Part shown: positions 20,567 through 30,618 of the stretch, one piece after another | How the letters are laid out: each line of letters opens with the position of its first letter | How positions within the stretch are numbered: position 1 is the stretch's first letter | Source: Chloroflexota bacterium | Lineage (GTDB): Bacteria > Chloroflexota > UBA11872 > VXOZ01 | Direction: 5' to 3' | Assembly (NCBI GenBank): GCA_964291655.2 | Contig: OZ219802.1 | Span: forward strand, 2,496,001-2,560,000 | DNA length: 64,000 nt | Made by a program: the position numbers and the translations under genes | Notes under the pieces: generated by a model | Databases searched by the model: none | Told to the model about the DNA's origin: nothing | Seen by the model: the letters and a program-made list of their open reading frames with translations, nothing else

Positions 20567-21301
20567 TCACTCTTTCGCATCGTCGAGGAATGCCGCAAGC
20601 ATTTCCCGCGCGTTTTCCCTGATTGGCGGGAAGTGGCTAAAGCAGATGGTGGTAAAGTCCACGTCGAGCAGTTTGGCGAGCGATTCGCGAGCGAGTTCGG
20701 GGTCCCGGGTAAAGAGCCACGAAGGGTATTGCAGCTTGCGGAAACGATATTGCAGCGCATCGTCGACTATGAGCAATTTCGCCGGCTCCACGTAGAAGCA
20801 GATGCTCCCCTGTGTGTGGCCGGGCGTATGGATGACGCGAACCTGCTCGATTTCAGGTAGATACTCGCAGTCTTCGAGGGGATACTGTACCATTACCGGA
20901 GCACTATTGATGAAAGAGACGGCGGAAGGCACTTGCGGGAGCGCTTCGCGGCGCAGAAAGCTGGGCGCAGGTTCGTCGCCGCTAATAATCCCGGCTTCAG
21001 TGCGGTGGATCGCCACTGGCGCGCTGGTTGCTTCAGCTAGTTCCGCCAGCCCCCCGGCATGATCGGGGTGACTGTGAGTCAAGGCAATGAGCCGCACTTG
21101 TTCCAGCGCAATGCCGAGCGCTCTCAAGCCAGCCTTGATGGCTTGCAGGCTGCCGCGACTGCCTGCGTCTACCAGCACAACCCCGTCATGGGCTTGCAGC
21201 ACGGTGACGCGTGCTCCCAGTGCGCGCAATTGATGCACACCGGGCGCGATTGCGAATGGTCCTAACAGTGGGATGTCCCGCACCGCTTGCTTGCACTCCA
21301 T
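20567..21301 (-). CDS. Metallo-beta-lactamase fold hydrolase
   Basis: LVDAG, THSHPDHAGG, HTPGHT.GS, C-terminal SH; start uncertain (ORF to 21367). Confidence 0.85.
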   Translation of the reverse strand: MECKQAVRDIPLLGPFAIAPGVHQLRALGARVTVLQAHDGVVLVDAGSRGSLQAIKAGLRALGIALEQVRLIALTHSHPDHAGGLAELAEATSAPVAIHRTEAGIISGDEPAPSFLRREALPQVPSAVSFINSAPVMVQYPLEDCEYLPEIEQVRVIHTPGHTQGSICFYVEPAKLLIVDDALQYRFRKLQYPSWLFTRDPELARESLAKLLDVDFTTICFSHFPPIRENAREMLAAFLDDAKE

Positions 21302-21467
21302 CAGCGTAGTGGTAGGTACGCGTTCTAAACTGAGTGACCTTGTGCCGCCGTAAAGCCGCCAAAGCACATACTAATTCCACGGTACCACGTGCGGCTGGTT
21401 TTCAGAAACCTGAGCGGCGCGTATAATACGCTTTAGATTCTCCCAATTCAAACTCTAGGAAAGCCGC

Positions 21468-23945
21468 ATGCAAACGCTCAACGATCTCTTGGAGGATTCG
21501 GCAAACCGCTTTGGCGACTCGCCTGCGTTGCTCATCAAGCCGGGCATCCGCGTGCGTTGCTGGCGGTACGGCGAGCTCTGGGAAGCTTCCGGCCGGGTCG
21601 CAGCATTCCTGCACCGTCAGGGCATAGCGAAGGGCGACCGAGTGGTCATCTGGGCGCCGAACCGGCCCGAGTGGGTATTGGCCCTCTTTGGCTGCCTGCG
21701 GCTCGGGGCGATTGCCGTGCCGTTCGACATTCGCAGCGCGCCGGATTTTGTCGCGGCAGTGCTTGGGCAGACGGAGCCGAAGTTCGCCTTTGTCTCGCAA
21801 TTCACGCCGGAGAATGCAGAAATCGAAGCCTTGCCGCATGTGAACATTGAAGACCTGGAGGACGCGCTGGAGGGTAACGATGCGGAGATTCCCCGTGTCG
21901 AAGTGGCGGCAGACGACATCGCGGAGATAATGTTCACGTCCGGTACGACGGGTGCGCCCAAAGGGGTGATTCTGACCCATGGCAACATCGTTTCCAATGT
22001 GGTTGCCGGATGCCGGGAGGTGATGCCGCAGCCGCACTGGCGCTTGCTCTCGCTGCTACCGCTGAGCCACATGTTGGAGCAGACGGTGGGTCTCCTCGCG
22101 GTGCTCTTTGGGGGTGGACGAATAGTCTATCCCGTAAGCCGCCAGCCGAGCATCCTGGTGCGCACCATGCAAGAGAACGGCATCACCAGCATCGTGCTCG
22201 TGCCCCAGGCGCTGGAACTCTTCATGAACGCCATCGAGCGGCAGGCGGAACTCACCGGCAAGAAAGAGACACTTGCGAAGCTGCTCCGCATGGCGCCGCG
22301 CCTTCCCATATGGGCGCGCCGGAAGCTCTTCGGTCAGGTGCATCGTCGCTTTGGCGGCAAACTGCGGTTTGTCATGTGCGGCGGCGCGCGCTTAGACCCG
22401 GCGTTGGCGGAGAAGTGGGAAGCGCTGGGCGTCATTGTGCTGCAGGGTTACGGCACGACCGAAGCAGCGCCGATCATTGCCTGCAACAGCTTTCAATACA
22501 AGAAGCTGGACGCATTGGGCAAGGTACTGCCGGGCCAAGAAGTAAGGATCGTGTCAGATGGCGAGATTCATACGCGGGGGCCCAACGTCACACCGGGCTA
22601 TTGGAATCAACCGGAGATTACGGAGGCATCCTTTGAGGATGGATGGTACAAGACCGGCGACTTGGGCTCTATCGACGAGGATGGGTTCCTCTATTTCAAG
22701 GGCCGCAAGAAAGACCTGATCGTGCTGGCCAACGGCCAGAACATCTATCCGGAAGACATAGAACCGCTCTTGCAGAACCATGAGGCAGTGGAGGACGCGG
22801 TAGTCGTGGGCATGCCAAGTCCGAACGGCGGCGAAGACGTGTACGCCGTGATTGTGCCAAGCGACGGATTCGAAGGCGGCGCGGTGGTAGCGGAAGTAAA
22901 TCCGCAGCTAGCCGCCCATCAGCAGATCAGAGGGTTCAGCACCTGGCCGGACGAGGAATTCCCTCGCACGCACACCCTCAAGGTAAAGAAAAACCTGGTG
23001 CTGGAGCGCCTCATTGCCGATGCGCAAGGGGAAGCAACTGCTGTGGAAACTCCGGCAGAGACTCCCAATGAAACCCAAACTCCATTGGAACAATTGATCG
23101 TCCGCATTTGCGATGTCTCACCCGCAGACGTACATGCCGACAGCATTCTGGGTACCGACATCGGCCTGGATTCCCTCGGTCGGGTGGAATTGCTCTCCGC
23201 AATTGAACAGGAACTCGGTGTCTACATCGACGAGACCGAGGTGCATCCGGAAACAACGGTTGGGGATCTGGAAGCGCTGCTGGCGCAGGGCAGCGCGAGT
23301 GAAGAGGAACGATTCCCAAGTTGGAGCCGCTCTGCGTGGTGTCGGGCGCTCCGTTTTGTACTGCACTACACATTCGTCAAGCCCGGGATAGCGCTGCTCT
23401 ACAAGGTGCAGGTCGCCGGCAAGGAAAACTTAGAGGGTCTGTCGGGGCCGGTGCTCTATGCGGCGAACCACAATTTGAGAGTTGATGCCGGAATGATTCT
23501 TTTAGCGCTCCCGGCGTCAATGCGCAGCCGCCTCGGGATCGCGGCGGCAGCCGACAACTATTTCTCGTCGCTTTGGTGGCGGGTCTTTAGCCCGCTCTTG
23601 GGAAACACTTTTCCGTTTGCCCGCCAGGGCCCCGTGCGCCGCAGCCTGGAAAACCTGGGAAACCTGCTCGACAGCGATTGGTCTGTGCTCATTTTCCCGG
23701 AGGGTGATCGGACGGATGGAGAAGTAAAGGCCTTCAAGCCCGGCACCGGCTTTGTCGCCATGGAATCACGGACGCCTATCGTCCCGATTCGCGTCACGCT
23801 CGTGAAAGAAGGGCTTTACGAGGGGGCTACCTTCCCATCGCGCGGCCACGTGAAGGTGCAGATTGGAAAGCCCTTGGTCTTTTCGCCCGGTACGGACTAT
23901 CTGGAAGCCACGGAAAAGCTTGAGCAGGCTGTAAGGGCGCTCTAG
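21468..23945 (+). CDS. Acyl-AMP ligase / acyl carrier protein / PlsC-type acyltransferase fusion
   Basis: FTSGTTGAPKG, GYGTTE, TGDLG (A domain); GLDSL (Ppant Ser); NHNLRVD and IFPEG (PlsC). Confidence 0.9.
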   Translation: MQTLNDLLEDSANRFGDSPALLIKPGIRVRCWRYGELWEASGRVAAFLHRQGIAKGDRVVIWAPNRPEWVLALFGCLRLGAIAVPFDIRSAPDFVAAVLGQTEPKFAFVSQFTPENAEIEALPHVNIEDLEDALEGNDAEIPRVEVAADDIAEIMFTSGTTGAPKGVILTHGNIVSNVVAGCREVMPQPHWRLLSLLPLSHMLEQTVGLLAVLFGGGRIVYPVSRQPSILVRTMQENGITSIVLVPQALELFMNAIERQAELTGKKETLAKLLRMAPRLPIWARRKLFGQVHRRFGGKLRFVMCGGARLDPALAEKWEALGVIVLQGYGTTEAAPIIACNSFQYKKLDALGKVLPGQEVRIVSDGEIHTRGPNVTPGYWNQPEITEASFEDGWYKTGDLGSIDEDGFLYFKGRKKDLIVLANGQNIYPEDIEPLLQNHEAVEDAVVVGMPSPNGGEDVYAVIVPSDGFEGGAVVAEVNPQLAAHQQIRGFSTWPDEEFPRTHTLKVKKNLVLERLIADAQGEATAVETPAETPNETQTPLEQLIVRICDVSPADVHADSILGTDIGLDSLGRVELLSAIEQELGVYIDETEVHPETTVGDLEALLAQGSASEEERFPSWSRSAWCRALRFVLHYTFVKPGIALLYKVQVAGKENLEGLSGPVLYAANHNLRVDAGMILLALPASMRSRLGIAAAADNYFSSLWWRVFSPLLGNTFPFARQGPVRRSLENLGNLLDSDWSVLIFPEGDRTDGEVKAFKPGTGFVAMESRTPIVPIRVTLVKEGLYEGATFPSRGHVKVQIGKPLVFSPGTDYLEATEKLEQAVRAL

Positions 23946-23950
23946 CCCCG

Positions 23951-24106
23951 CACCCAACCGTTCCTACTTCGACAAGCTCAGCACGAACGGTTGGTTGACA
24001 AGCTCAGCACGAACGGTTGGGTGGGCCGCAATGGAAGCGGCATGGAACGGTGTTTGAGGATCGTAGCAACCGCTCGTCCTGAGCTTGTCGAAGGATGGAC
24101 GGTTGC
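23951..24106. repeat. REP family B hairpins between convergent genes
   Basis: CACCCAACCGTTC-core-GAACGGTTGGGTG with an internal duplication, plus an inverted copy at 24066-24106. Confidence 0.8.
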
Positions 24107-24110
24107 CCTG

Positions 24111-25139
24111 CTACGGATACAGCGGCTTGGTTTCCAAACCCATAGTTTCTGGTAAACCGAGCATGGCGTTGGCGTTCTGCAGTGCCTGGCCGGACGCGCC
24201 CTTCACCAAGTTGTCGATGGCGGTAGTGACAATGAGATGCCCCGTCCGCTCGTGCACGACCGGATGAATAAGACAGTGGTTGCTGCCGTAGGTCCACTTG
24301 GTATTGGGCGAGACGGCAAGCACCTCTACGAATGGCTCATCGGCATAGCGGGCCTGGTAGAGACTATCCACTGTTTGCTGGGAAATGGGGCTGGCAAGCG
24401 ACGCATAGCATGTAGCCAGGATGCCGCGGGTCATGGGAATGAGGTGCGGGACGAAGGTGACCTGCACGTCGGTATCCGCCACCGCGCTTAATTCCTGTAC
24501 GATCTCCGGCATGTGCCGGTGGCCCTGCAGCGCGTAAGCTTCCACGCTCTCATTGACTTCCGAATAGTGATTGGTCAGCGTCAGACTGCGTCCGCCGCCC
24601 GAAATGCCGGACTTGGCGTCCACGATCACGTGCGGGGGAATGAGACCTTCTGCAAGGGCAGGCGCCAGACCCAGAATTGCGCCGGTAGGATAGCAGCCGG
24701 GGTTGGCTACGATCTTGGCCTGCCGCACTTCATCACGGTGCAACTCTGTGAGACCATAGACGGCGCTCTCCAGAAATTCTGCGCAGGGGTGTTCTTGATA
24801 CCACTCCTGGTACGTTTGCGGATCATGCAGGCGAAAGTCTGCGGCGATGTCGACGACCGGCACACCGTCCTGAATGAAGGGCAGCAATGCCTCCGCCGAT
24901 GCCTTGTGCGGCAATCCGGAAAAGACGAGATCTACGTTGGCGGTAATGTCCTCTGTAATCGTCATGGTGGCAAGGTCGCCGTTTGGGAAGAGACCTGTAA
25001 ATGGGAAGACTTCACCTAGGCGCTTTCCGGCTTGGCTGCGGCCGGTGACGGACACGATCTGCATTTCCGGATGGCCGGCCAATAGCCTGATAAGCTCCAG
25101 CCCGGCATAACCGGTTACGTTCAATATGCCGATGTTCAT
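24111..25139 (-). CDS. argC: N-acetyl-gamma-glutamyl-phosphate reductase
   Basis: TGYAG, ADFRL, ANPGCYPT, SGISGGGR, HRH.PEI, DNLVKGASGQA. Confidence 0.95.
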   Translation of the reverse strand: MNIGILNVTGYAGLELIRLLAGHPEMQIVSVTGRSQAGKRLGEVFPFTGLFPNGDLATMTITEDITANVDLVFSGLPHKASAEALLPFIQDGVPVVDIAADFRLHDPQTYQEWYQEHPCAEFLESAVYGLTELHRDEVRQAKIVANPGCYPTGAILGLAPALAEGLIPPHVIVDAKSGISGGGRSLTLTNHYSEVNESVEAYALQGHRHMPEIVQELSAVADTDVQVTFVPHLIPMTRGILATCYASLASPISQQTVDSLYQARYADEPFVEVLAVSPNTKWTYGSNHCLIHPVVHERTGHLIVTTAIDNLVKGASGQALQNANAMLGLPETMGLETKPLYP

Positions 25140-25515
25140 CGCAGTACTCCGCGTGCATGCTTAGTTGCGTCTGCGGACAATTCACCTCGTCCAAGCAAGA
25201 CGACGAATCTCAATTCTAGGTCAAGAACTCTCAGTCTTTTCGCACTCTAACATAACGAATGAGCCTCAATGCGGGCGTATGTTCCCGCAATCTTGGCCAA
25301 GATGTTTAGCCGTAGCGCGGGGGCTTGTCCCTCACAACCTGACACAATGTGCTCCGCCGTCGCGCGGGGGCTTGTCCCCCGCCTCTTAATTGTAAACACA
25401 AGCGTTAGGTCGACTAATTGACGAGAATCCCTACTGCACAGACTCGAATGACAGATTGAGAAACACAGTGGGGAATAGAAGTCTAGTGTAGCGAAACGCA
25501 GCAGAGTCGTAAAGC

Positions 25516-26388
25516 TCACCGCATCACGAGCATCAAGACGATAACTGCCGCCAGCCCAATGCGATACAGCGCCAGCGGCCAGAGGCGGCCGCGCTGTAAG
25601 TAGCGCAAGAATACTCGAATGCAGAGATACCCCACCACCAGTGCGCTCAAGAACCCGACAACGAATATGGTACCGCCGTCCCCGCTCAGGGCTGCGCCAT
25701 CGAGATGGCGCGCTTCCCACACCCCCGCGCCAAAGATGACCGGTGCCATGAGTAGGAATGAAAACCGTGCCGCTTGCACCCGGCTCAAGCCTAGCAACAT
25801 GCCCATCGTGATGGTGCTGCCCGAGCGGGAGACCCCGGGCACGATTGCCAAAGCCTGGGCAAGACCGATAAGCAGGGCTCCTCGCCAACCAAGGTGATCG
25901 CAACCGCGCTCGCCGGTGTGTCGGGCGTCCACAATCCAAAGTATGACCCCAACCCCGGCGAGCGTAGCTGCAATGATCCACGGAGAGCGCAGCACTGTCG
26001 CCGCAGCCTCTTCGAGCAGCAGACCGGCGACTACCGCGGGCAGCGTGGCGAGCACGAGCAGCCACGCCAGCCGGCGGTTGGGATCGGCCTGGATGTCCCG
26101 CTCCCGGATGGAAGTGAGAAACGCAAGCGCAAGCGCCAGGACGTCACGCCAGAAAACCGTAAGCACGGCAAGGAGCGTGCCGACGTGAAGCGCCACCGCG
26201 AAGGGCAGACTATTCAGTACTGGCGAAGACCATTGGAAGGCCCAGGGCAGAATAGCGAGATGGCCTGAACTGGAAATCGGCAGGAACTCGGTTATTCCTT
26301 GCACGACCCCCAAAATTGCGGCTGCAGCGACATCGTTTCCCCACCACGCCGTCTCTTGGGCGGCATTCGCAATGCCCAGAAATGACAT
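25516..26388 (-). CDS. uppP: Undecaprenyl-diphosphate phosphatase
   Basis: QGITEFLPISSSGH, PGVSRSGSTI, AARFSFLL. Confidence 0.95.
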   Translation of the reverse strand: MSFLGIANAAQETAWWGNDVAAAAILGVVQGITEFLPISSSGHLAILPWAFQWSSPVLNSLPFAVALHVGTLLAVLTVFWRDVLALALAFLTSIRERDIQADPNRRLAWLLVLATLPAVVAGLLLEEAAATVLRSPWIIAATLAGVGVILWIVDARHTGERGCDHLGWRGALLIGLAQALAIVPGVSRSGSTITMGMLLGLSRVQAARFSFLLMAPVIFGAGVWEARHLDGAALSGDGGTIFVVGFLSALVVGYLCIRVFLRYLQRGRLWPLALYRIGLAAVIVLMLVMR

Positions 26389-26407
26389 TGATGACCTTGG
26401 TTCCTGT

Positions 26408-27193
26408 CTAGGTGTTGCGGCGCGTTTGTTCTACGTGCCTAATGCTGCTGACGATTGCGGCATTTCCTGCGACGACGGAGCCGATCTGCGGTTGGATCAC
26501 AGGGTTACCGTCCACTGTAACAATCTCGCCGCCGGCTTCTCGGACGATCAACACTGCTGCGGCCATATCCCAGGCTTCCAACCGGTGGTGAAAGAAGCCG
26601 CTGAGACGTCCAGCCGCTACATAGCACAAAGCCAGCGCTGCCGATCCGGTGATGCGCAGCCCCGCTACCAGGGGCCGCAGCGCTGCCGCGAGTGCCATGC
26701 TCTCCGAGGAGGCCGGTTCGTTGTGTCCCAAGTCAAAGCCGAGCAGTGCATCATGCCAAGCAACATCTTGTCGCACGGCAATTGGTTCGCCGTTCCACGT
26801 CGCGCCCTTTCCTGCTTCGGCCACGAAGAGATCATCCAGCAAGGGATCGTACACCACGCCCACGACAGGCCGCTTCTGCTCGACAAACGCAATGCTCACA
26901 GTGAAGAGCGGAAAGCGATTAGCAATGTTGAGAGTGCCGTCGATAGGGTCGATGATCCACGTCGGCTCATCGGACAGCGGACGGTTGACCGTCTCTTCGG
27001 TTAGAATGCGATGACTGGGAAACGCAGAGTGAATCTGCTCTTGGATGAGGTCGTTTGCGGCCAGGTCGAGGCCGGTGACGAAGTCACCGCGCCCTTTGGT
27101 GTGCACTATGGCAGCGCTGGCAGCGTTGTCACGTAGGTACGCCCCGGATTCCTGAGCTGTGGCAATGGCGACCGCAATGGGTGACGGGGGCAT
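26408..27193 (-). CDS. suhB: Inositol monophosphatase family protein
   Basis: DFVT..D, EE, WIIDPIDGT.N, GSAALALCYVAAG, WDMAA. Confidence 0.85.
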   Translation of the reverse strand: MPPSPIAVAIATAQESGAYLRDNAASAAIVHTKGRGDFVTGLDLAANDLIQEQIHSAFPSHRILTEETVNRPLSDEPTWIIDPIDGTLNIANRFPLFTVSIAFVEQKRPVVGVVYDPLLDDLFVAEAGKGATWNGEPIAVRQDVAWHDALLGFDLGHNEPASSESMALAAALRPLVAGLRITGSAALALCYVAAGRLSGFFHHRLEAWDMAAAVLIVREAGGEIVTVDGNPVIQPQIGSVVAGNAAIVSSIRHVEQTRRNT

Positions 27194-27252
27194 GACTAAA
27201 AGTTACCTTTGCGCGTTGTTGGGAGCGGGCCTCCGGGAGCACTGTCGTCTCC

Positions 27253-27276
27253 GAGAGCGCGGGCGTCCCGCCCGCA
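27253..27276 (+). repeat. REP family C, downstream flank of RAYT
   Basis: GAGAGCGCGGGCGTCCCGCCCGCA, inverted relative to the upstream copies. Confidence 0.8.
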
Positions 27277-27378
27277 CCCTACCATACACGAGCAACTGTC
27301 GAACCGGAGCAGCTTCTATTGAGGCACCTGGGCTTCTCGCGCTGCGTGGAGCGCTGGCGCAGCCTCGCAACGTTCACG

Positions 27379-28053
27379 TCAAGTCTCTAGTTCACACCCA
27401 ATAAGCCCATTCGCCGCCCGAGCATACGCGCTGCCAAAGCGCCAGTCTTCGTTTCGTTGGCAGAGACCGGCCTTCACGGGATTGGATTCTATGTAAGCGA
27501 TGGCTGCTGTAAAGTGACGCTCATTCCGAATATAGCGATCAAAGTAATCCTGGCTCCAAAATGGCGCGGAGCAGCCAAATTGGTTGACCGCTTGATGGGC
27601 TGTAAATGACTTCCAGCTATGTATGATCGCGGATAGGGCAAGCCCTGCCAATGGTGTAAAGAGCACGTGAACATGTGTCGGCATCACAACCCATGCGTGC
27701 AAATGGTAGCGTGTGTTAGCGAAAAAGAGCAAGGCATCTTCTACCATCGCTGCAAGCTGTGGCATGCGTAGGGGCGTGTCTTTGGTCTCTTGGTCAAGGT
27801 ACGCCTCAAGCCGGCGGCGCAAGGCGGTCTTCTTGTGCGTTGCGCTGAGATGGCTAAGCTCTTGGCGCCAGCTTTCGAGTACGTCGGGCGGCAACGTTCC
27901 GGCAAGCCGGAAGGTAACCATCTGCGGGATCGCGCCGCCGTCGAAGTGTGGCAGGTAGCCACGAGAGTGCCAACCGCGCGGCTCAAGGGTGGGAGACGGC
28001 GACGATGCGGGCGAGACGCCCGCGTTCCCGGGAAGTGGGTTTCCTCTCTTCAT
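27379..28053 (-). mobile_element. REP-associated tyrosine transposase (RAYT, HUH Y1 family)
   Basis: SRGYLPH, VTFRL, AWVVMPTHVH (HUH), SWKSFTA, FW..DYFDRYIR, YIE.NPVKAGL; flanked by inverted REPs. Confidence 0.9.
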
Positions 28054-28167
28054 ACTCAAGTTGCTGGCGATGATGCGGGCGAGACGCCCGCGTTCCCGGA
28101 AAGTGGTTTTCCTCTTTTCATTCTCAAATTTCTGGTGATGATGCGGGCGGGACGCCCGCGTTCCCGG
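28004..28167 (-). repeat. Three REP family C copies in a 68-bp tandem repeat at the RAYT 5' end
   Basis: GATGCGGGCGRGACGCCCGCGTTCCCGG at 28004, 28072, 28140 with near-identical spacers. Confidence 0.9.
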
Positions 28168-28196
28168 GTAGCTCCCAGGCGTCCAATTCCCAGGCT

Positions 28197-30305
28197 CTAC
28201 ACATCCAACTCACGCGCAAGCCTGTCGGACGTGAGGGCATCTTCCCGGTAGCGCAGAGACTGAGGCGCGGCATAGGCGCGGTAGGCGGCAGTTGTGCGTC
28301 CATACGCGGCCAGCAAGGATGCAATGCTAACCGGTTGCCGCTGGTGGTCGTGGGGTGTCCACACCACCAGACGACGTGGCGCGACCAGCGCTGCGGCATC
28401 ACAGATATCGAATTCGCGTAACACGCCAAAGAGAAACCAGGATGCATCGTAGGCGTAGTGTTCGTTCTCCACCAGCCAGCGGTACGAAGCCAAGCTCTCG
28501 TAAGCAATAACTCCTGCAGCGCGCTGGTCCAGGGCGGCTGCAAACAGGGCTATCAGGGCTCCACCGCCACGGCCTCCCAGCATAATCTGCTTCGCGGTTG
28601 TCACAGGAATTGTCGCGAGCGCGTCCAACCCACGCAAGACGTCTTGCACACGCATTCCCAGCAGTGGGCGAGCCTGCAAGAATCCCATATAGGCTACTTT
28701 GTGGCTAATGTGCCCGTTGTCGCTCGTGCGAGGGTCATCAGACACTGAGAAGCCGGTCTCTCCCATACCTCTCGGGTCAAGCGCCAAGGAGGTTATCCCG
28801 CGAACCGCTAAGGCATCGAGCAAGACGGCAGTATCCTCTGAGTCTTTACCTGCTTCATCAATCCAGAGCAGCATCGTGTCTTCTTGGGCGTCGACAGGAG
28901 TGCGCAGTACGCAGGGAACCATGATGCCAGGTTCCGATTCGAACACGATGCGTTCGCGCTGCACGCGTTCACTGGAGTCAAGTGGCACTTGCGTGACATC
29001 CAATTCGCCGGTCAACGGGGAGAAGGAGAGCACGCGGCGCACGCGCTCGCGCACAACCTGCTGGTAATTTGCAGCTTCGCTCTCGGTGCCGATTTCAGGC
29101 AATGCCGGGTCTAAGTCCGCTAATTCTTTGCGGTTGAGCGAGAACACAGTCTCGCTGCCCAACTCGTAGACGTTTCCCGATTCCGTGCACCAAAGCGCTT
29201 CGTCGGGCTCGAGTGTAATCTCCGTCTCGTCGTTTCCTTCTTCTTCCTTATCGAATAAGCGGTTGAACCACGCATACGCAGCTTGGCGCATGGGCAGATG
29301 GTAGCCGTGGTTCTGTTCCGCCACGGCCAGCGAGAGGAGGTCGGGTACGTCAAGTGCGGCGTAGACGCGCTTTGCGCTTGCCACAGAGTCGCGCGCGCCC
29401 GCCAACGGAAAGTAGTCTCCCGTAGCGGCGCCCACGCATAGTGGGCGCGGCGCGACGAGCGAAACATAGTCTTCGTGGTCAAGGCCTACGGCAAGTTGAC
29501 CAAAGAGGTTCTGCTCAGCATCCTGGGGCCCGACGCTGTCCAAGAGGGCGGGGAATCCGGCTATATAGCAGGTAGGCATCGCCGCTGTCACCCGGTCGTC
29601 GAAGGGCACGTACTGGGCAGTATTCGTACCGCCGCCGGAAACTCCCGTGCAGCCGATGCGGGACGGGTCCACGTCTTCCCGGGAGAGGAGGTAGTCGAGA
29701 GCGCGAATACTATCCCAAATCATGAATTGAGCCAGGTTGGTTCCCAGCAGCAAACACTGTGCCCCCACGTTGCTATGCTCGCGAGTCGACGAAGTGAAAG
29801 CGGAATCTTGCTTGACCGGATCCCAGTACTGCCAGCGCTCGCCCTGGCCGAGAGGATCGTAGGCCAATACGAGATAGCCTTTCTCGGCAAAACCTGCGGG
29901 TGTGCGTTGATAGCTGTCCATGGCCTTGCCGTTGCGGCTGTGGCCGAGCGGGAACAGAATCCCTGGGAAAGGCGCTGTGTGCTGTTTTGGCACATAGACA
30001 AGTGCGGTCACGTAGAATCGGGGACGGCTCTCGAAGATGATCTTGTGGATCGTGTAGCGTTCACGTTCCAACTTCCCTACCACGCGCGAATTGAGAGAAC
30101 ACTTTTCTTGCGGAAACGGCCCAATGGCCTGCTCGAATGCGGTCATGAGGCGAGCCCGCCGCAGCTTCCATTGTGCCGATGTCTGGATTGCAGCGCGCTC
30201 CTTCTCCGCATGGTCGAATAGCACGTGGGCCTGCTGTATCAAGTAATTCTTGAGCATGTCTCCTGGGATTGTGTCAGTGGCGAAGAGTGCGCTCGAAGTT
30301 GCCAT
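28197..30305 (-). CDS. Acetylxylan esterase-like tandem alpha/beta-hydrolase
   Basis: FES.P...V, GH...GK, DP.GQGER, GVSGGG nucleophile elbow; second domain GRGGG lacks the Ser. Confidence 0.8.
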   Translation of the reverse strand: MATSSALFATDTIPGDMLKNYLIQQAHVLFDHAEKERAAIQTSAQWKLRRARLMTAFEQAIGPFPQEKCSLNSRVVGKLERERYTIHKIIFESRPRFYVTALVYVPKQHTAPFPGILFPLGHSRNGKAMDSYQRTPAGFAEKGYLVLAYDPLGQGERWQYWDPVKQDSAFTSSTREHSNVGAQCLLLGTNLAQFMIWDSIRALDYLLSREDVDPSRIGCTGVSGGGTNTAQYVPFDDRVTAAMPTCYIAGFPALLDSVGPQDAEQNLFGQLAVGLDHEDYVSLVAPRPLCVGAATGDYFPLAGARDSVASAKRVYAALDVPDLLSLAVAEQNHGYHLPMRQAAYAWFNRLFDKEEEGNDETEITLEPDEALWCTESGNVYELGSETVFSLNRKELADLDPALPEIGTESEAANYQQVVRERVRRVLSFSPLTGELDVTQVPLDSSERVQRERIVFESEPGIMVPCVLRTPVDAQEDTMLLWIDEAGKDSEDTAVLLDALAVRGITSLALDPRGMGETGFSVSDDPRTSDNGHISHKVAYMGFLQARPLLGMRVQDVLRGLDALATIPVTTAKQIMLGGRGGGALIALFAAALDQRAAGVIAYESLASYRWLVENEHYAYDASWFLFGVLREFDICDAAALVAPRRLVVWTPHDHQRQPVSIASLLAAYGRTTAAYRAYAAPQSLRYREDALTSDRLARELDV

Positions 30306-30571
30306 CGGGGATCATCCCTTCCTGCGGTTCACGCGAGAGTGTCACTTGGAAGCGAGTATAGGTGCAATCCACTCGCCACGTCAATTGGCCGCCGCGGTAT
30401 GCCTAGAAATACAGGCGAGCATATCGACAAATGAGAACAGGCGAGCATACCGTTCGCCCCCGTATCGTGTCGATAAGCTGAATCGAGTACGGGGCAAGCT
30501 CTGGGTATCGTCCTTGGGTGAACGCTGGAGAAATCGGTTTACAGCTTTCACCGATTTTCTCTCCATTCATG

Positions 30572-30618
30572 CTTCGACAAGCCTGTGCTGAGCCTGTCGA
30601 AGTGCTCAGCACGAACGG
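30572..30618 (+). repeat. REP family B with nested 23-bp insert
   Basis: CTTCGACAA[GCCTGTGCTGAGCCTGTCGAAGT]GCTCAGCACGAACGG. Confidence 0.85.

Noticed and set aside
21376-21395. T-box-like GTGGTACCGTGG on the minus strand
   Set aside because: No stem I or antiterminator context; precedes an MBL hydrolase
28004-28167. Mini CRISPR (28-bp repeat, 40-bp spacer)
   Set aside because: The two spacers are near-identical and the repeats are RAYT REPs
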